From: Candidatus Yanofskybacteria bacterium
GTDB lineage: Bacteria; Patescibacteriota; Minisyncoccia; 2-02-FULL-40-12; IGHO2-01-FULL-4-A
Length of the DNA stretch: 64,000 bases
Reading direction: 5' to 3'
Assembly: GCA_016181175.1 (NCBI GenBank)
Contig: JACOZV010000001.1
Span: 75,778-139,777, forward strand
Shown here: piece after piece, positions 1 to 9,180 of the stretch
How positions within the stretch are numbered: position 1 is the stretch's first letter
How the letters are laid out: each line of letters starts with the position of its first letter
Notes under the pieces: model-generated
What the model saw: the letters and a program-made list of their open reading frames with translations, nothing else
The model's database searches: none
What the model was told of the DNA's origin: nothing
Position numbers and translations under genes: made by a program

Positions 1-40
1 CACAAAACCCTCGCGTTTGCGCGAGGGTTTTGTGTTTTAA
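1..40. terminator. GC-rich hairpin plus T-run, a possible intrinsic terminator
   Basis: Palindrome CACAAAACCCTCGCG-TTTG-CGCGAGGGTTTTGTG followed by TTTT. Confidence 0.4.
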
Positions 41-127
41 CCCCTTAGATTTTTCTTGTTATTCAGATTGCTAAAGTCAGAAAAAATAGGTAAAATAATT
101 ACAAGCTTATCTTGAATAACAAGCGGT

Positions 128-211
128 GCCGCTGTGGCGAAATTGGCAGACGCGCTAGGTTTAGGACCTAGTGGAAGCAATTCCGTGTCGGTTCAAATCC
201 GACCAGCGGCA
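128..211 (+). tRNA. tRNA-Leu(TAG), class II with long variable arm; no encoded CCA
   Basis: Acceptor GCCGCTG/CAGCGGC, anticodon loop TTTAGGA, variable-arm hairpin GGAAGCAATTCC, T-loop TTCAAAT. Confidence 0.8.
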
Positions 212-217
212 CATTTT

Positions 218-1375
218 TTATTCCAACGGATTTCTAACTACCGGAAAGGAGCCGGGTGCTTTGTAAGACGATTCAAAGACGTCTTTTTTTTCGCTTCCAT
301 CGGGGTAGAGAACGGTTCTGGTCAAAGTTGTCTTAAGCGAACCGTTAGATTTTATGTCATATTGGTTGGGGCCGTCAATTGTTGTTTTGCGTCCGTCGTT
401 TGTCCCGTAAATTTCAAAATTCATTTGATCACCCACAACTTCTGCCTGGATTAAAATATAGCCAGGCGTGTCATTTTTAAACCTCAAGTCGGAAACCCCC
501 GGATAAATAGTGGCATCAAAACCCTGCGGGTTGTAGTAACGAACAGGCAGTGAATGCGGATGGCGTTCCAATATTGACAGTCCCGCCAGTGTTGCGGCGC
601 GGAACAATGTCGTTGAAACCTGACAAAGACCGCCTCCGTATTCCGGGATCAAAGCGCCTTTTTTAATAACCAATTCCGGCAGATAACCGCTTGAAGCATC
701 CACTGAACCCAGCAATTTGTTAAATGAAAATTCTTCGCCGGATTTAACTACAATGCCCGTGAATTTTTTTGAACCTACGGTAATATTATGAACCCTGGAT
801 TTAGGCGAACCGGCGAAATTTGATTCTCCGCGAGCAAGCAATGTGTTGATACCGAGATTGTTTAACTTGTCTAGCGTAACATCCGGCTGTTTTTCATCAA
901 TTACCAATTCTATGCTTAAAATTTCTTCGGAGTTGCTGTTTTTGTTGTTGCCATGTGCCAAAGCGGTGGTAATTTTGTTGGCAGTAGCGGGAATATCAAG
1001 CATCCTGCCGGATTGGGGCGGTTCAAATTCAGTAACCCCGTCATCGTTGATAACTAATTTAGCGTTTTGGGGCTGAATGTTTATTTCCTGTGAAATTTTT
1101 TCCAGATAAGCTAATATTTTATTTGTATTAATCCGCAATTCTTTTTTGCCGGTATAGTTGCGAATATAACTTTCTATCCAGGTTTTAGACTCATTTGAAT
1201 TAACCGACACCTCATTATCTTGGTATCTAAATATGAATTTTTGTTGCGAGGTGTTAGTTAAACTTGCAGTCAGTTTGCTGGTGGTCGCAAGCGGAGTATC
1301 GCGAATTGTGGCATTTACCATTTTGTTATAGTAAAAAATTTGGCCAAAAATAAAAACCGATATCAAAACTACCAT
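218..1375 (-). CDS. VanW-family protein with N-terminal TM anchor
   Basis: 385-aa ORF; conserved VanW-like core YGGGLCQVSTTLFRAA; N-terminal hydrophobic helix. Confidence 0.75.
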   Translation of the reverse strand: MVVLISVFIFGQIFYYNKMVNATIRDTPLATTSKLTASLTNTSQQKFIFRYQDNEVSVNSNESKTWIESYIRNYTGKKELRINTNKILAYLEKISQEINIQPQNAKLVINDDGVTEFEPPQSGRMLDIPATANKITTALAHGNNKNSNSEEILSIELVIDEKQPDVTLDKLNNLGINTLLARGESNFAGSPKSRVHNITVGSKKFTGIVVKSGEEFSFNKLLGSVDASSGYLPELVIKKGALIPEYGGGLCQVSTTLFRAATLAGLSILERHPHSLPVRYYNPQGFDATIYPGVSDLRFKNDTPGYILIQAEVVGDQMNFEIYGTNDGRKTTIDGPNQYDIKSNGSLKTTLTRTVLYPDGSEKKDVFESSYKAPGSFPVVRNPLE

Positions 1376-1462
1376 GAATAGTAATAAAAATACGATTTTT
1401 TTATAATCTTGTTCTATGGCTTAATTATAGCACGGAGTTTAATTTTCTTCTGTCCAAAACAA

Positions 1463-1513
1463 AACAACCACCCGACGGCCGACTAATAAGCCGGCCGACG
1501 GGTGGTTGTTTTT
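1463..1513. terminator. Rho-independent terminator, bidirectional hairpin
   Basis: AACAACCACCCGACGGCCG ... CGGCCGACGGGTGGTTGTT followed by TTT; lies just downstream of the hsp20 stop. Confidence 0.7.
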
Positions 1514-1523
1514 CCCGAGCACT

Positions 1524-2003
1524 CTAAGACGCGATTCTGACCCTTTTTACTCTGTTTTTTGCCAGTTTCGGCAAGCGCAATGTTAAAATGCCGTTTTTCA
1601 TTGTCGCCTTTGCCTTATCGGCGTCTATTTCTTCCGGTAAAATTATAGAACGAGAGAAAGCTCCCCAATATAGCTCCTGATAGTAGTAATCAGATTCTTT
1701 TACTTTTTCCTCTGAACTGCGGTTGCCTTTGATGGTAACCATATCATTAGTAATAGAGACATCAATATCGTCTGCTGTTACGCCGGCAATGGTGGATTTT
1801 ATGATAATGTCGTTTTCAGTTTGATAAACGTCAACTGTTAACTGACCCTCCTCGGATCGGTTTGTTTTGATTGAGTTTTTGGATGCGATTAAACCAGCCT
1901 CGCCAGATTCTGCCACATTTGCTTCAGTTCCGAATTGTTCCGTGAAAAAATCGTTAGTCATCCCGTTAGAGGTAATCCCGCCAAGGTCTTTTGGGCTCGC
2001 CAA
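1524..2003 (-). CDS. Hsp20/alpha-crystallin small heat-shock protein
   Basis: 159 aa; C-terminal alpha-crystallin-type domain (…VTIKGN…GILTLRLPK…). Confidence 0.85.
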   Translation of the reverse strand: MASPKDLGGITSNGMTNDFFTEQFGTEANVAESGEAGLIASKNSIKTNRSEEGQLTVDVYQTENDIIIKSTIAGVTADDIDVSITNDMVTIKGNRSSEEKVKESDYYYQELYWGAFSRSIILPEEIDADKAKATMKNGILTLRLPKLAKNRVKRVRIAS

Positions 2004-2101
2004 GTCAGACTTGGCGAGCGGGACCTCTAATGGGACACGTCCTTTTAATTATAACACCTATTTTATTGATACAAATCCAGTCAAGTTGATAATTTGATAT
2101 T

Positions 2102-2836
2102 TTATCTGGAAGGATTTGATGTTTTTGCGGCAAGTTGCAACGCGTTTTTAAATTTGGTAAAAAATGCCGAAATTATTACAGCTATAAATATCAAAAATAT
2201 TGTTGAATAAATAAGACCTTCTGGTTTTCCGCCTGCACTTAGAATAATCATGTTAAAAATTAGATGTAAAAGTGTGGCCAGTGCAATGCCAAGGGTTATT
2301 AGCTTTTTGCAATGATGGCTGTAAAACCATGCCAGAGCCAAAAAGTAACCCACCATTGCAGAGGCGACAGCATGGAGCAGTGTGGCGCCGGCAAAGCGCA
2401 GGAGCCAGATTTGGAGAGCGGCATTTGTCCCATTGGGTATCGCCTGAAAAAGCACCAGAATATTTTCAATTGCCGCAAAACCAAGCGCTGCTGAAATCAT
2501 GTAGATCATCGCGTCGGTTGGTTCATCAAATTCAGGATCGTGAAGAACTACGAACTTTACAACAAGGAATTTTACGATTTCCTCAATCGCCGCTGCCCAC
2601 AAAAAAAACCAAACCGAAACTTGAATCAAATATCCCGGCTGGAAGTGAAGGACGGCTTCGCGGAATCCCCATTGTGCCGCTATGGCAAGCGGCGCCATAA
2701 CGATACCCAGTAAAAAAGTTTTTGAGACTAGATATTTGGGCTCGGGGTACGGATCTTTTTTAAGATAAAATAAAAGCCAGCTTAAACTGGGCACAAATCC
2801 CAAAACTACCAGCAAAATAATAGTGGAAGTAGCCAC
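2102..2836 (-). CDS. PrsW-like intramembrane metalloprotease
   Basis: Polytopic membrane protein with EEIVK (EExxK), FAAIE (FxxxE) and HLIFN (HxxxN) motifs. Confidence 0.7.
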   Translation of the reverse strand: MATSTIILLVVLGFVPSLSWLLFYLKKDPYPEPKYLVSKTFLLGIVMAPLAIAAQWGFREAVLHFQPGYLIQVSVWFFLWAAAIEEIVKFLVVKFVVLHDPEFDEPTDAMIYMISAALGFAAIENILVLFQAIPNGTNAALQIWLLRFAGATLLHAVASAMVGYFLALAWFYSHHCKKLITLGIALATLLHLIFNMIILSAGGKPEGLIYSTIFLIFIAVIISAFFTKFKNALQLAAKTSNPSR

Positions 2837-2854
2837 ACACTAATTTTAACACAA

Positions 2855-5074
2855 CTATACTGGCCAATCTTCCACAAGCAGAAGTTTTTTGTTGGAAACC
2901 GGCAGTTTAGACCAGATTTCTTCAGTAACGAAGGGCATAAAAGGGTGTAGAAGCTTGAGCGAATTGATAAGGATATAGGCAAGTGTATTTTTGGTTTCTT
3001 GATCTTCGTGGTCCTTGCTTTCTTCGATGTATTTATCGGCAAATTCATGCCAGATGAATTTGTACAAACTGTCGGCAGCTTCGGCAAAATCGTACTTTTC
3101 AATTTGTTGAGTGACGTAAATAGCGACAGCATCCATCTTTACGGTTATTTCGTTTTTGATATCTTGCGGCGATTTTAATATTTTCCATTCATAATCACTG
3201 CCCAGCTTCATTGTTGTATACCTGGCGATGTTCCAAACCTTATTTGCGAATTTTTTGCCCATAACCATCAAGTTTTCGCCGAATTTTAAGTCCTGCAATC
3301 TGGTTGCTTGTGATGCCAAGCCAAAACGCAAAGCATCTGTGCCGTATTTTTCAATCAACTCAAGCGGATTAATGCCGGTACCCAACGACTTAGACATCCT
3401 TTTACCGTCTTTAGTCAAAATCGTAGCGTGGATATAGACGTCCTTAAACGGCGCTTTACCGGTAAATTCCAAACCTGAAAAAATCATTCTTGCTTGCCAC
3501 AAAAATAAAATGCCGCGATCGGAAGTTATGAAATCCGTCGAATAATATTCATTGAAGTCTTCGGATTTTTTGTCGGGCCAGCCCAGTGTGGCAAACGGCC
3601 AAAGCGCCGAAGAAAACCAGGTGTCCAGAACGTCCTCCGACTGTTCATATTTGGCATCGCAGTATTCACAAAGCGGTTTTTCGGCGGAAATTTTAATTTC
3701 CTCGCATTTGTCTATGTCTTTTTCGTGGCCGGGTCGTGGAATGCATTTGGATTCGTGATGCCAGACGGGTAACTGGTGTCCCCACCAAAGTTGTCTGGAA
3801 ATGTTCCAGTCGCGAATATTTGAAGAATCCAGCCAGTTTTCAAGCGCTACTTGCCATCGGTTTGGGTGCAGGTTTACTTTGTTGCCGCGTATTGCTTCCG
3901 AGGCTCTCTCGGCTAGTTCTTTCATTTTTAAAAACCATTGCTTGCTTGGTAATGGTTCAATGACCGAGTTGCATCTGTCACAGCGCGCTATATTGTGGTC
4001 ATAGTCTTCAATTTTTTCCATTAGGCCGATAGCCTCCAAGTCTTTGACTATTTGTTCACGAGCTTCGGTGGTTTTCATACCTTGGTAGCGAATGCCAGCA
4101 TTTTCGTTCATGCGCCCATGCTTATCAATTATTGTAAGTGACGGTAAATTTTGGCGTTGGGCGATTTCAAAGTCAGTTAAATCGTGCGCCGGTGTAACCT
4201 TTATGATACCAGTGCCGAACCCCATGTCTACTGCCTGATCGGCAACTACTTTTATTGTCATTTTTTTGGTTTTTGCAGGTTCACTGGCCGGCACGCCGTT
4301 GTCTATAGATTCTATTTCTAAATTTTTTCCGACATAATCTTTGTAACGCGCGTCTTTGGGGTGTACGGCCAAAGCGGTGTCGCCAAGCTTGGTTTCCGGT
4401 CTGACGGTCGCTAAAGTAAAAGCCCCATATTTTATAAAGTAAAGTTTTGCTTTTTCGGGTAGATAGTTGACCTCCAGATCAGATATTGACGTTCCGCACC
4501 TGACGCACCAGTTTATTACTCTTTCGCCGCGATAAATCCATCCCTTTTTATGATAGTGGATGAATGCTTCTTGCACCGCTTTTTGGTAATCGGGGTCCAT
4601 GGTGAATCTTAACCTGGACCAGTCAGCCGACACCCCTAACTTTTTAAGCTGTTTCAAAATCGTGTTGCCATATTGATCACGCCATTTCCACATGCGTTCA
4701 AGAAACATCTCTCGGCCCAATTTGTGGCGACTTGTTCCTTCCTTGGCCAGTTGTTTTTCAACCGCATTTTGAGCGGCAATGCCGGCATGATCTGTCCCCG
4801 GTAACCACAAAGTCTTATATCCCTGCATTCTCTTGGTTCTTACTACGATGTCTTGCAATGTGTATTCAAGTGCGTGTCCCATGTGTAATTCGCCGGTAAT
4901 ATTTGGTGGAGCGATACAAGTTACAAAGGGCTTAGTTTCTTCGTGCTTGCCCTCCTTCGCCAAGGCTACGGAGGGTAGCCCTTCCGGGCTAAAAAATCCT
5001 GACTCCAGCCAGAGTTTGTAAGTTCTATCTTCAGTTGACTTAGGGTCGTAAGTTTTTGAAAACTCATCAGACAT
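2855..5074 (-). CDS. valS: Valyl-tRNA synthetase, short form lacking C-terminal coiled coil
   Basis: HMGH-type motif (TGELHMGHALEY) and KMSKS (KMSKSLGTG); class I editing aminoacyl-tRNA synthetase architecture. Confidence 0.9.
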   Translation of the reverse strand: MSDEFSKTYDPKSTEDRTYKLWLESGFFSPEGLPSVALAKEGKHEETKPFVTCIAPPNITGELHMGHALEYTLQDIVVRTKRMQGYKTLWLPGTDHAGIAAQNAVEKQLAKEGTSRHKLGREMFLERMWKWRDQYGNTILKQLKKLGVSADWSRLRFTMDPDYQKAVQEAFIHYHKKGWIYRGERVINWCVRCGTSISDLEVNYLPEKAKLYFIKYGAFTLATVRPETKLGDTALAVHPKDARYKDYVGKNLEIESIDNGVPASEPAKTKKMTIKVVADQAVDMGFGTGIIKVTPAHDLTDFEIAQRQNLPSLTIIDKHGRMNENAGIRYQGMKTTEAREQIVKDLEAIGLMEKIEDYDHNIARCDRCNSVIEPLPSKQWFLKMKELAERASEAIRGNKVNLHPNRWQVALENWLDSSNIRDWNISRQLWWGHQLPVWHHESKCIPRPGHEKDIDKCEEIKISAEKPLCEYCDAKYEQSEDVLDTWFSSALWPFATLGWPDKKSEDFNEYYSTDFITSDRGILFLWQARMIFSGLEFTGKAPFKDVYIHATILTKDGKRMSKSLGTGINPLELIEKYGTDALRFGLASQATRLQDLKFGENLMVMGKKFANKVWNIARYTTMKLGSDYEWKILKSPQDIKNEITVKMDAVAIYVTQQIEKYDFAEAADSLYKFIWHEFADKYIEESKDHEDQETKNTLAYILINSLKLLHPFMPFVTEEIWSKLPVSNKKLLLVEDWPV

Positions 5075-5086
5075 GCTTATCTAAAT

Positions 5087-6181
5087 TTAACCCAGTTTTA
5101 GGTTAGCGTCCACCTTGATTGATTTTTCGGTTACCTTTTTGTTTTTTTGATAATTTAAAAAACCGGCCAAGGCGATCATGGCCGCGTTGTCAGTGGTGTA
5201 TTCCAGTTCCGGCCGGTAAAATTTAAGACCTGTTTTTTCAGCGGCAGTTTTAAGTTCTTGGCGGAGCAGTTTGTTGGCCGAGACACCGCCAGATAGCATT
5301 ATTGATTTGGTTTTGTACTCGCGTGCCGCATTAACAGTTTTTGTGACAAGCACATCAACGATAGCTTGTTGAGCTTCTTGTGCGACCGCAGTTCTTATTT
5401 TTGACAAGGCATAGGTTTTGGTTAAATCGCGGACGAGATACAAAACAGCGGTTTTAAGTCCGGCAAAAGAGAAATCCAGATTTTTTGTTTTTAACATGGG
5501 CCTGGGTAATTTGATTTTGAGTCGTAACTTTTTATTTAGAACTTTGGCAGCTTCTTTTTCAATGGCCGGCCCGCCTGGGTAACCAAGTCCGAGTATGCGG
5601 GCAATCTTATCAAATGCTTCGCCGGCGGCATCATCCAGAGTTTGGCCGATTACCTTATACTTGCCAATGTCATTTATCAGTATCAATTCAGTATGCCCGC
5701 CGGAGACAATTAGACAGAGGGCGGGAAGTAGTGAGTAGTGAGTAGTGAGTAGTGAGTAGTTTTTTTGACTTTTTAAATTTTGAATTTTGAGTTTTAAGTT
5801 TTGAGATGGAAGCCAGTTGCTAGCAATATGGCCTTCAAGATGGTTGACTCCGATAATCGGTTTTTTATATTTCCAAGCCAATGCTTGAGCAAATGTTGTG
5901 CCAACCAATAAAGAAGAAACTAATCCTGGTCCGCGAGTTACGGCAACCAGATCAACATTTTCCAATTTATAGTTTCCTATTTTCAGAGCGAGTTTGAGTA
6001 CTTTGGGAAGATTTTTGACATGTTCACGGGCGGCTAGCGAAGGAACCACGCCCCCATAGGGAGCGTGGAGTTTAACTTGAGAAGATATGACGTTTGAAAG
6101 AATCTTGATTTTGTTGTTTTTCACCTCAAGCAACGAAGCCGCCGTCTCATCGCAAGATGTTTCAATACCAAGGATCTTCAT
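5087..6181 (-). CDS. tsaD: tRNA N6-adenosine threonylcarbamoyltransferase TsaD (Kae1/Gcp), with an in-frame low-complexity insertion
   Basis: MKILGIETSCDETAASLL…, HLEGH and VSGGHTELI motifs; about 25 extra residues between the two metal-binding motifs. Confidence 0.9.
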   Translation of the reverse strand: MKILGIETSCDETAASLLEVKNNKIKILSNVISSQVKLHAPYGGVVPSLAAREHVKNLPKVLKLALKIGNYKLENVDLVAVTRGPGLVSSLLVGTTFAQALAWKYKKPIIGVNHLEGHIASNWLPSQNLKLKIQNLKSQKNYSLLTTHYSLLPALCLIVSGGHTELILINDIGKYKVIGQTLDDAAGEAFDKIARILGLGYPGGPAIEKEAAKVLNKKLRLKIKLPRPMLKTKNLDFSFAGLKTAVLYLVRDLTKTYALSKIRTAVAQEAQQAIVDVLVTKTVNAAREYKTKSIMLSGGVSANKLLRQELKTAAEKTGLKFYRPELEYTTDNAAMIALAGFLNYQKNKKVTEKSIKVDANLKLG

Positions 6182-6275
6182 GGTTTAAAATTTTAACACA
6201 CCGGGTATATTTATCAACACACTCTTGCTTGAACTAGCGATACAGGATATGCTACAATAAACCCGTAGTACTAAT

Positions 6276-6350
6276 GGCCCTATCGTCTAATGGTTAGGAC
6301 GGCTTTCTTTCAAGAAGCAAATAGGAGTTCGATTCTCCTTGGGGCTGCCA
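6276..6350 (+). tRNA. tRNA-Glu(TTC) with encoded CCA
   Basis: D-arm TCGTCTAATGGTTAGGAC typical of tRNA-Glu; anticodon loop CTTTCAA; T-loop TTCGATT; ends GCCA. Confidence 0.75.
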
Positions 6351-7036
6351 TGGAATCAAGAAGAGATTATCAAGCAGCACTCGCTCTTAGACTTGAAGGA
6401 AAAACCTACGGAGAAATTAGGAAAAGTTTTCAAATACCAAAATCCACCCTTAGCACATGGTTTTCGAGTTTAAAGATAGATAGTGAGGCTAAAAAAGTTT
6501 TAGAATCTAAGAAAAAAAATGGTTATTACAAACTAGTTGAGTTTAATAAGATAAGGACCCTAAATATAAAGAAGGAAAACGAAAATATTAGAGGGGAGTA
6601 TGAATCTAAGATCGGTAGATTAAATAATCGTGAGTTGATGGTTCTGGGAGCTGCTCTTTACTGGGGAGAGGGCTACAAAAACTTCGGTCTTAAAAATGGC
6701 GGGTATCCATATATGTGTTTGGGTAATTCAGATCCCTCAATGATCAAAGTTTTCGTTATATTTTTGTATAAGTTTTTGAAAATTACCAAGGACAGGATCA
6801 AATGTCAGATAATGATCTATCCTAGCATAAACCCTCAAAAGGCAATTCAATATTGGCAAAATATTACGCAAATTCCAAGTAAAAACTTTCGTACTCAGCT
6901 AGCAGTGAGTCGTGCTAGTCAAGGTAAAAGGCCCAGCAATTTATTACCCTACGGAACACTTCAATTACGGGTTAATAACCGACAGGAGTTTTTCAAAATT
7001 AAAGGATTAATTGATGGTATCACTCAAACTATTTAA
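6351..7036 (+). CDS. HTH-domain plus LAGLIDADG-like endonuclease-like protein (paralog A); its ATG follows the tRNA-Glu CCA directly
   Basis: N-terminal HTH-like LRLEGKTYGEIRKSFQIPKSTLSTWF; LGAALYWGEG resembles the LAGLIDADG motif; paralogous to 8478..9110. Confidence 0.5.
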
Positions 7037-7124
7037 TCTATGCTAATTTTGCTGGGCATTACAAATTAGTCGAGCGATGGTGAGGCAAGAAGTGAAGCCG
7101 ACTCTCCGTGTTGCTAATTTAGTA

Positions 7125-7160
7125 AAATAAACGGCTCATCTGGATGAGCCGTTTATTTTA
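7125..7160. terminator. Bidirectional rho-independent terminator
   Basis: AAATAAACGGCTCATC-TGG-ATGAGCCGTTTATTTT, between convergent genes. Confidence 0.75.
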
Positions 7161-7509
7161 TTGCATTTTGTGATATTTCAACTATTTTTTTAAAAATTCC
7201 AGGTTCGTGTTGGGCTAGGTCGGATAGAATCTTACGGTCTAGCTCTATGTTGGATTTTTTGAGTCCGTTGATAAATTTGTTGTAGGGGAGACCATCAAGC
7301 CGCGTGGCGGCTCCAATCTGAATTTGCCATAATCGGCGGGCGTAACCTTTCTTTTTGCGGCGGTCGTTGAACTGAAATGTCCAGGCATGCAAAAGACGCT
7401 CTTTGGCCTGACGATATTTGGTACTCCCGCCCCACATAAAACCCTTTGCATGTTTCAGCAAATTTTTACGTCGTTTGTTTGCAGTTGTTCCTCGTTTTAC
7501 TCTGGGCAT
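7153..7509 (-). CDS. rplT: 50S ribosomal protein L20
   Basis: MPRVKRGTTANKRRKNLLKHAKGF… canonical L20. Confidence 0.95.
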   Translation of the reverse strand: MPRVKRGTTANKRRKNLLKHAKGFMWGGSTKYRQAKERLLHAWTFQFNDRRKKKGYARRLWQIQIGAATRLDGLPYNKFINGLKKSNIELDRKILSDLAQHEPGIFKKIVEISQNAIK

Positions 7510-7515
7510 GTTTTA

Positions 7516-7719
7516 TTAAACGTAAGGCATCAAATTCCTAATATCTTTTTTATTAGGCTTGGCAAGCACATCCTGACCCCTGTTATTCCTTCTTGCGCTT
7601 CCATCTTGTCTAGCGTTGAAGTGATTAATGCGTGAATGGCGATGCTGTTTCTTGCCGCTAGACGAAATCTTAAAACGTTTTAAGGCAGACTTAGAACTTT
7701 TTAACTTTAGTTTTGGCAT
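7516..7719 (-). CDS. rpmI: 50S ribosomal protein L35
   Basis: MPKLKLKSSKSALKRFKISSSGK… canonical L35. Confidence 0.9.
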   Translation of the reverse strand: MPKLKLKSSKSALKRFKISSSGKKQHRHSRINHFNARQDGSARRNNRGQDVLAKPNKKDIRNLMPYV

Positions 7720-7736
7720 ATTAGAAATATTTACTT

Positions 7737-8267
7737 TTATTTTTTATGTTCCGGTCTTATTAACACGCCGAAACCTACTGGTGATCTTTTGGCTGGTTCT
7801 TCCAGTACGAACGGTTCGGAAACCATTTTGATAAGTGATTCAAGCTTGCTTCGGCCAATGTCGGCCATGCTTTTTTCGCGTCCCCGCAGAGTCAGCTCCA
7901 GTCTAACGCGGTGTCCTTTTTGCAAAAATTTATCTGCTTGTCCGGCTCTAACCATTAAGTCGTGAGTCCCGGTTCTAAAACCGATTCTTACGGTTTTAAT
8001 TTCTTGGCTGGGGACTTTGGTTGTTTTTCCGCCCTTTTCTCGTTTTTCCTTCTGGTACATATATTTACCATAATCCATGATTTTAGCAATAGGCGGATTG
8101 GCCATCGGTCCCACTTCTACCAAATCAAGACCGCGTTCATTGGCCAATCTCAAAGCTTCATGTGTGGGTATGGTGCCAAGCTGTTTGCCGTCGGCGTCAA
8201 TGACCTGAATTTGCGATTCCCTGATTTGGTTATTTAACCGCACTCTTTTATTGAAGTTTTTTTGCAT
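7737..8267 (-). CDS. infC: Translation initiation factor IF-3
   Basis: IF-3 N- and C-domains (…IDADGKQLGTIPTHEALRLANERGLDLVEV…); infC-rpmI-rplT operon order. Confidence 0.9.
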   Translation of the reverse strand: MQKNFNKRVRLNNQIRESQIQVIDADGKQLGTIPTHEALRLANERGLDLVEVGPMANPPIAKIMDYGKYMYQKEKREKGGKTTKVPSQEIKTVRIGFRTGTHDLMVRAGQADKFLQKGHRVRLELTLRGREKSMADIGRSKLESLIKMVSEPFVLEEPAKRSPVGFGVLIRPEHKK

Positions 8268-8337
8268 ATATTTATTTATATAAGTTTAACACGCAGTCTT
8301 TGTTTTTTACCATGTTGGGTGTTTGCAAAGTATCTTA

Positions 8338-8411
8338 TGGTGGACCCACGGGGAGTCGAACCCCGGACTCGATCATGCCATGATCGCGTGTTACCGCTAT
8401 ACTATGGGCCC
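8338..8411 (-). tRNA. tRNA-Ala(GGC) with G3:U70 and encoded CCA
   Basis: Reverse complement gives GGGCCCA…TGGGTCCACCA; anticodon loop ATGGCAT; G3:U70 alanine identity pair; one D-stem mismatch. Confidence 0.7.
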
Positions 8412-8477
8412 CCTTAGACAGGATACTTATAAACTAGTGCTATGTTATAAGTTCGGGTACTATGTTATAATTGTAGC

Positions 8478-9110
8478 ATGCATATTCATAGCGATCAAAT
8501 CATAAATAACCTCAAATTATTGCGCAAAAAGGGGTACAGCATACATGAGTTAATGGACAAATTTTCTTTACCGAAAACAACAATATGGCACCATGTTCAT
8601 AAAATAAAATTACCGCCAGAAATTATATTACGACTTAGGACTGCTGGAGGTAGAACTAGTAGTGCTCGTAAAAAACTGGCTTTAGAAAAAGCAGAAAAAG
8701 AAGCATCAGAAATCATTAATAGCAATCTAAAGTATCATGTGAGTATTTTGGCAATGCTCTATTGGGCAGAAGGTGATAACAAAAATAATTTTTCCTTCGT
8801 CAATACCAATGCTGGCATGATTAAACTCGTAATACACATACTGGATAAATGTTTGGGTGTGAAAAGAAATCAATTATTAATAACGGTTCGATACTTTACA
8901 GGCATGGATCAAAATAAGTGTCTGGAGCATTGGTCAAAAGTTACAGGAGTTTCCAAAAATCGTATTAGAATGTATTATAACGATGGTTATCACAGGGGAA
9001 GAACAGAATTTGGAATGTGTCGGATTGGAGTAAAAAAAAGTAGCTATCTTTTTAAATTGGTCCGATCATTAATTAACGGCTTAGTTAACGAAATAATTTT
9101 GCCCCGGTAG
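8478..9110 (+). CDS. HTH-domain plus LAGLIDADG-like endonuclease-like protein (paralog B); its stop codon overlaps the tRNA-Arg 5' end
   Basis: HTH-like NNLKLLRKKGYSIHELMDKFSLPKTTIWHH; LAMLYWAEGD matches LAGLIDADG at 6 of 9 positions; shares motif blocks with 6351..7036. Confidence 0.5.
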   Translation: MHIHSDQIINNLKLLRKKGYSIHELMDKFSLPKTTIWHHVHKIKLPPEIILRLRTAGGRTSSARKKLALEKAEKEASEIINSNLKYHVSILAMLYWAEGDNKNNFSFVNTNAGMIKLVIHILDKCLGVKRNQLLITVRYFTGMDQNKCLEHWSKVTGVSKNRIRMYYNDGYHRGRTEFGMCRIGVKKSSYLFKLVRSLINGLVNEIILPR

Positions 9111-9173
9111 CTCAATTGGAAGAGCGGTCCCGTCCTAAGGGAAAGGTTGTGGGTTCAAATCCTGCCCGGGGTA
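9101..9173 (+). tRNA. tRNA-Arg(CCT); no encoded CCA
   Basis: GCCCCGG acceptor, D-arm GCTCAATTGGAAGAGC, anticodon loop GTCCTAA, T-loop TTCAAAT; one anticodon-stem mismatch. Confidence 0.7.
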
Positions 9174-9180
9174 CTTATTA

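Noticed and set aside
134-454. 106-aa ORF on the + strand
   Set aside because: It overlaps tRNA-Leu and the antisense of the VanW gene, and its sequence is low-complexity. It is a spurious ORF.
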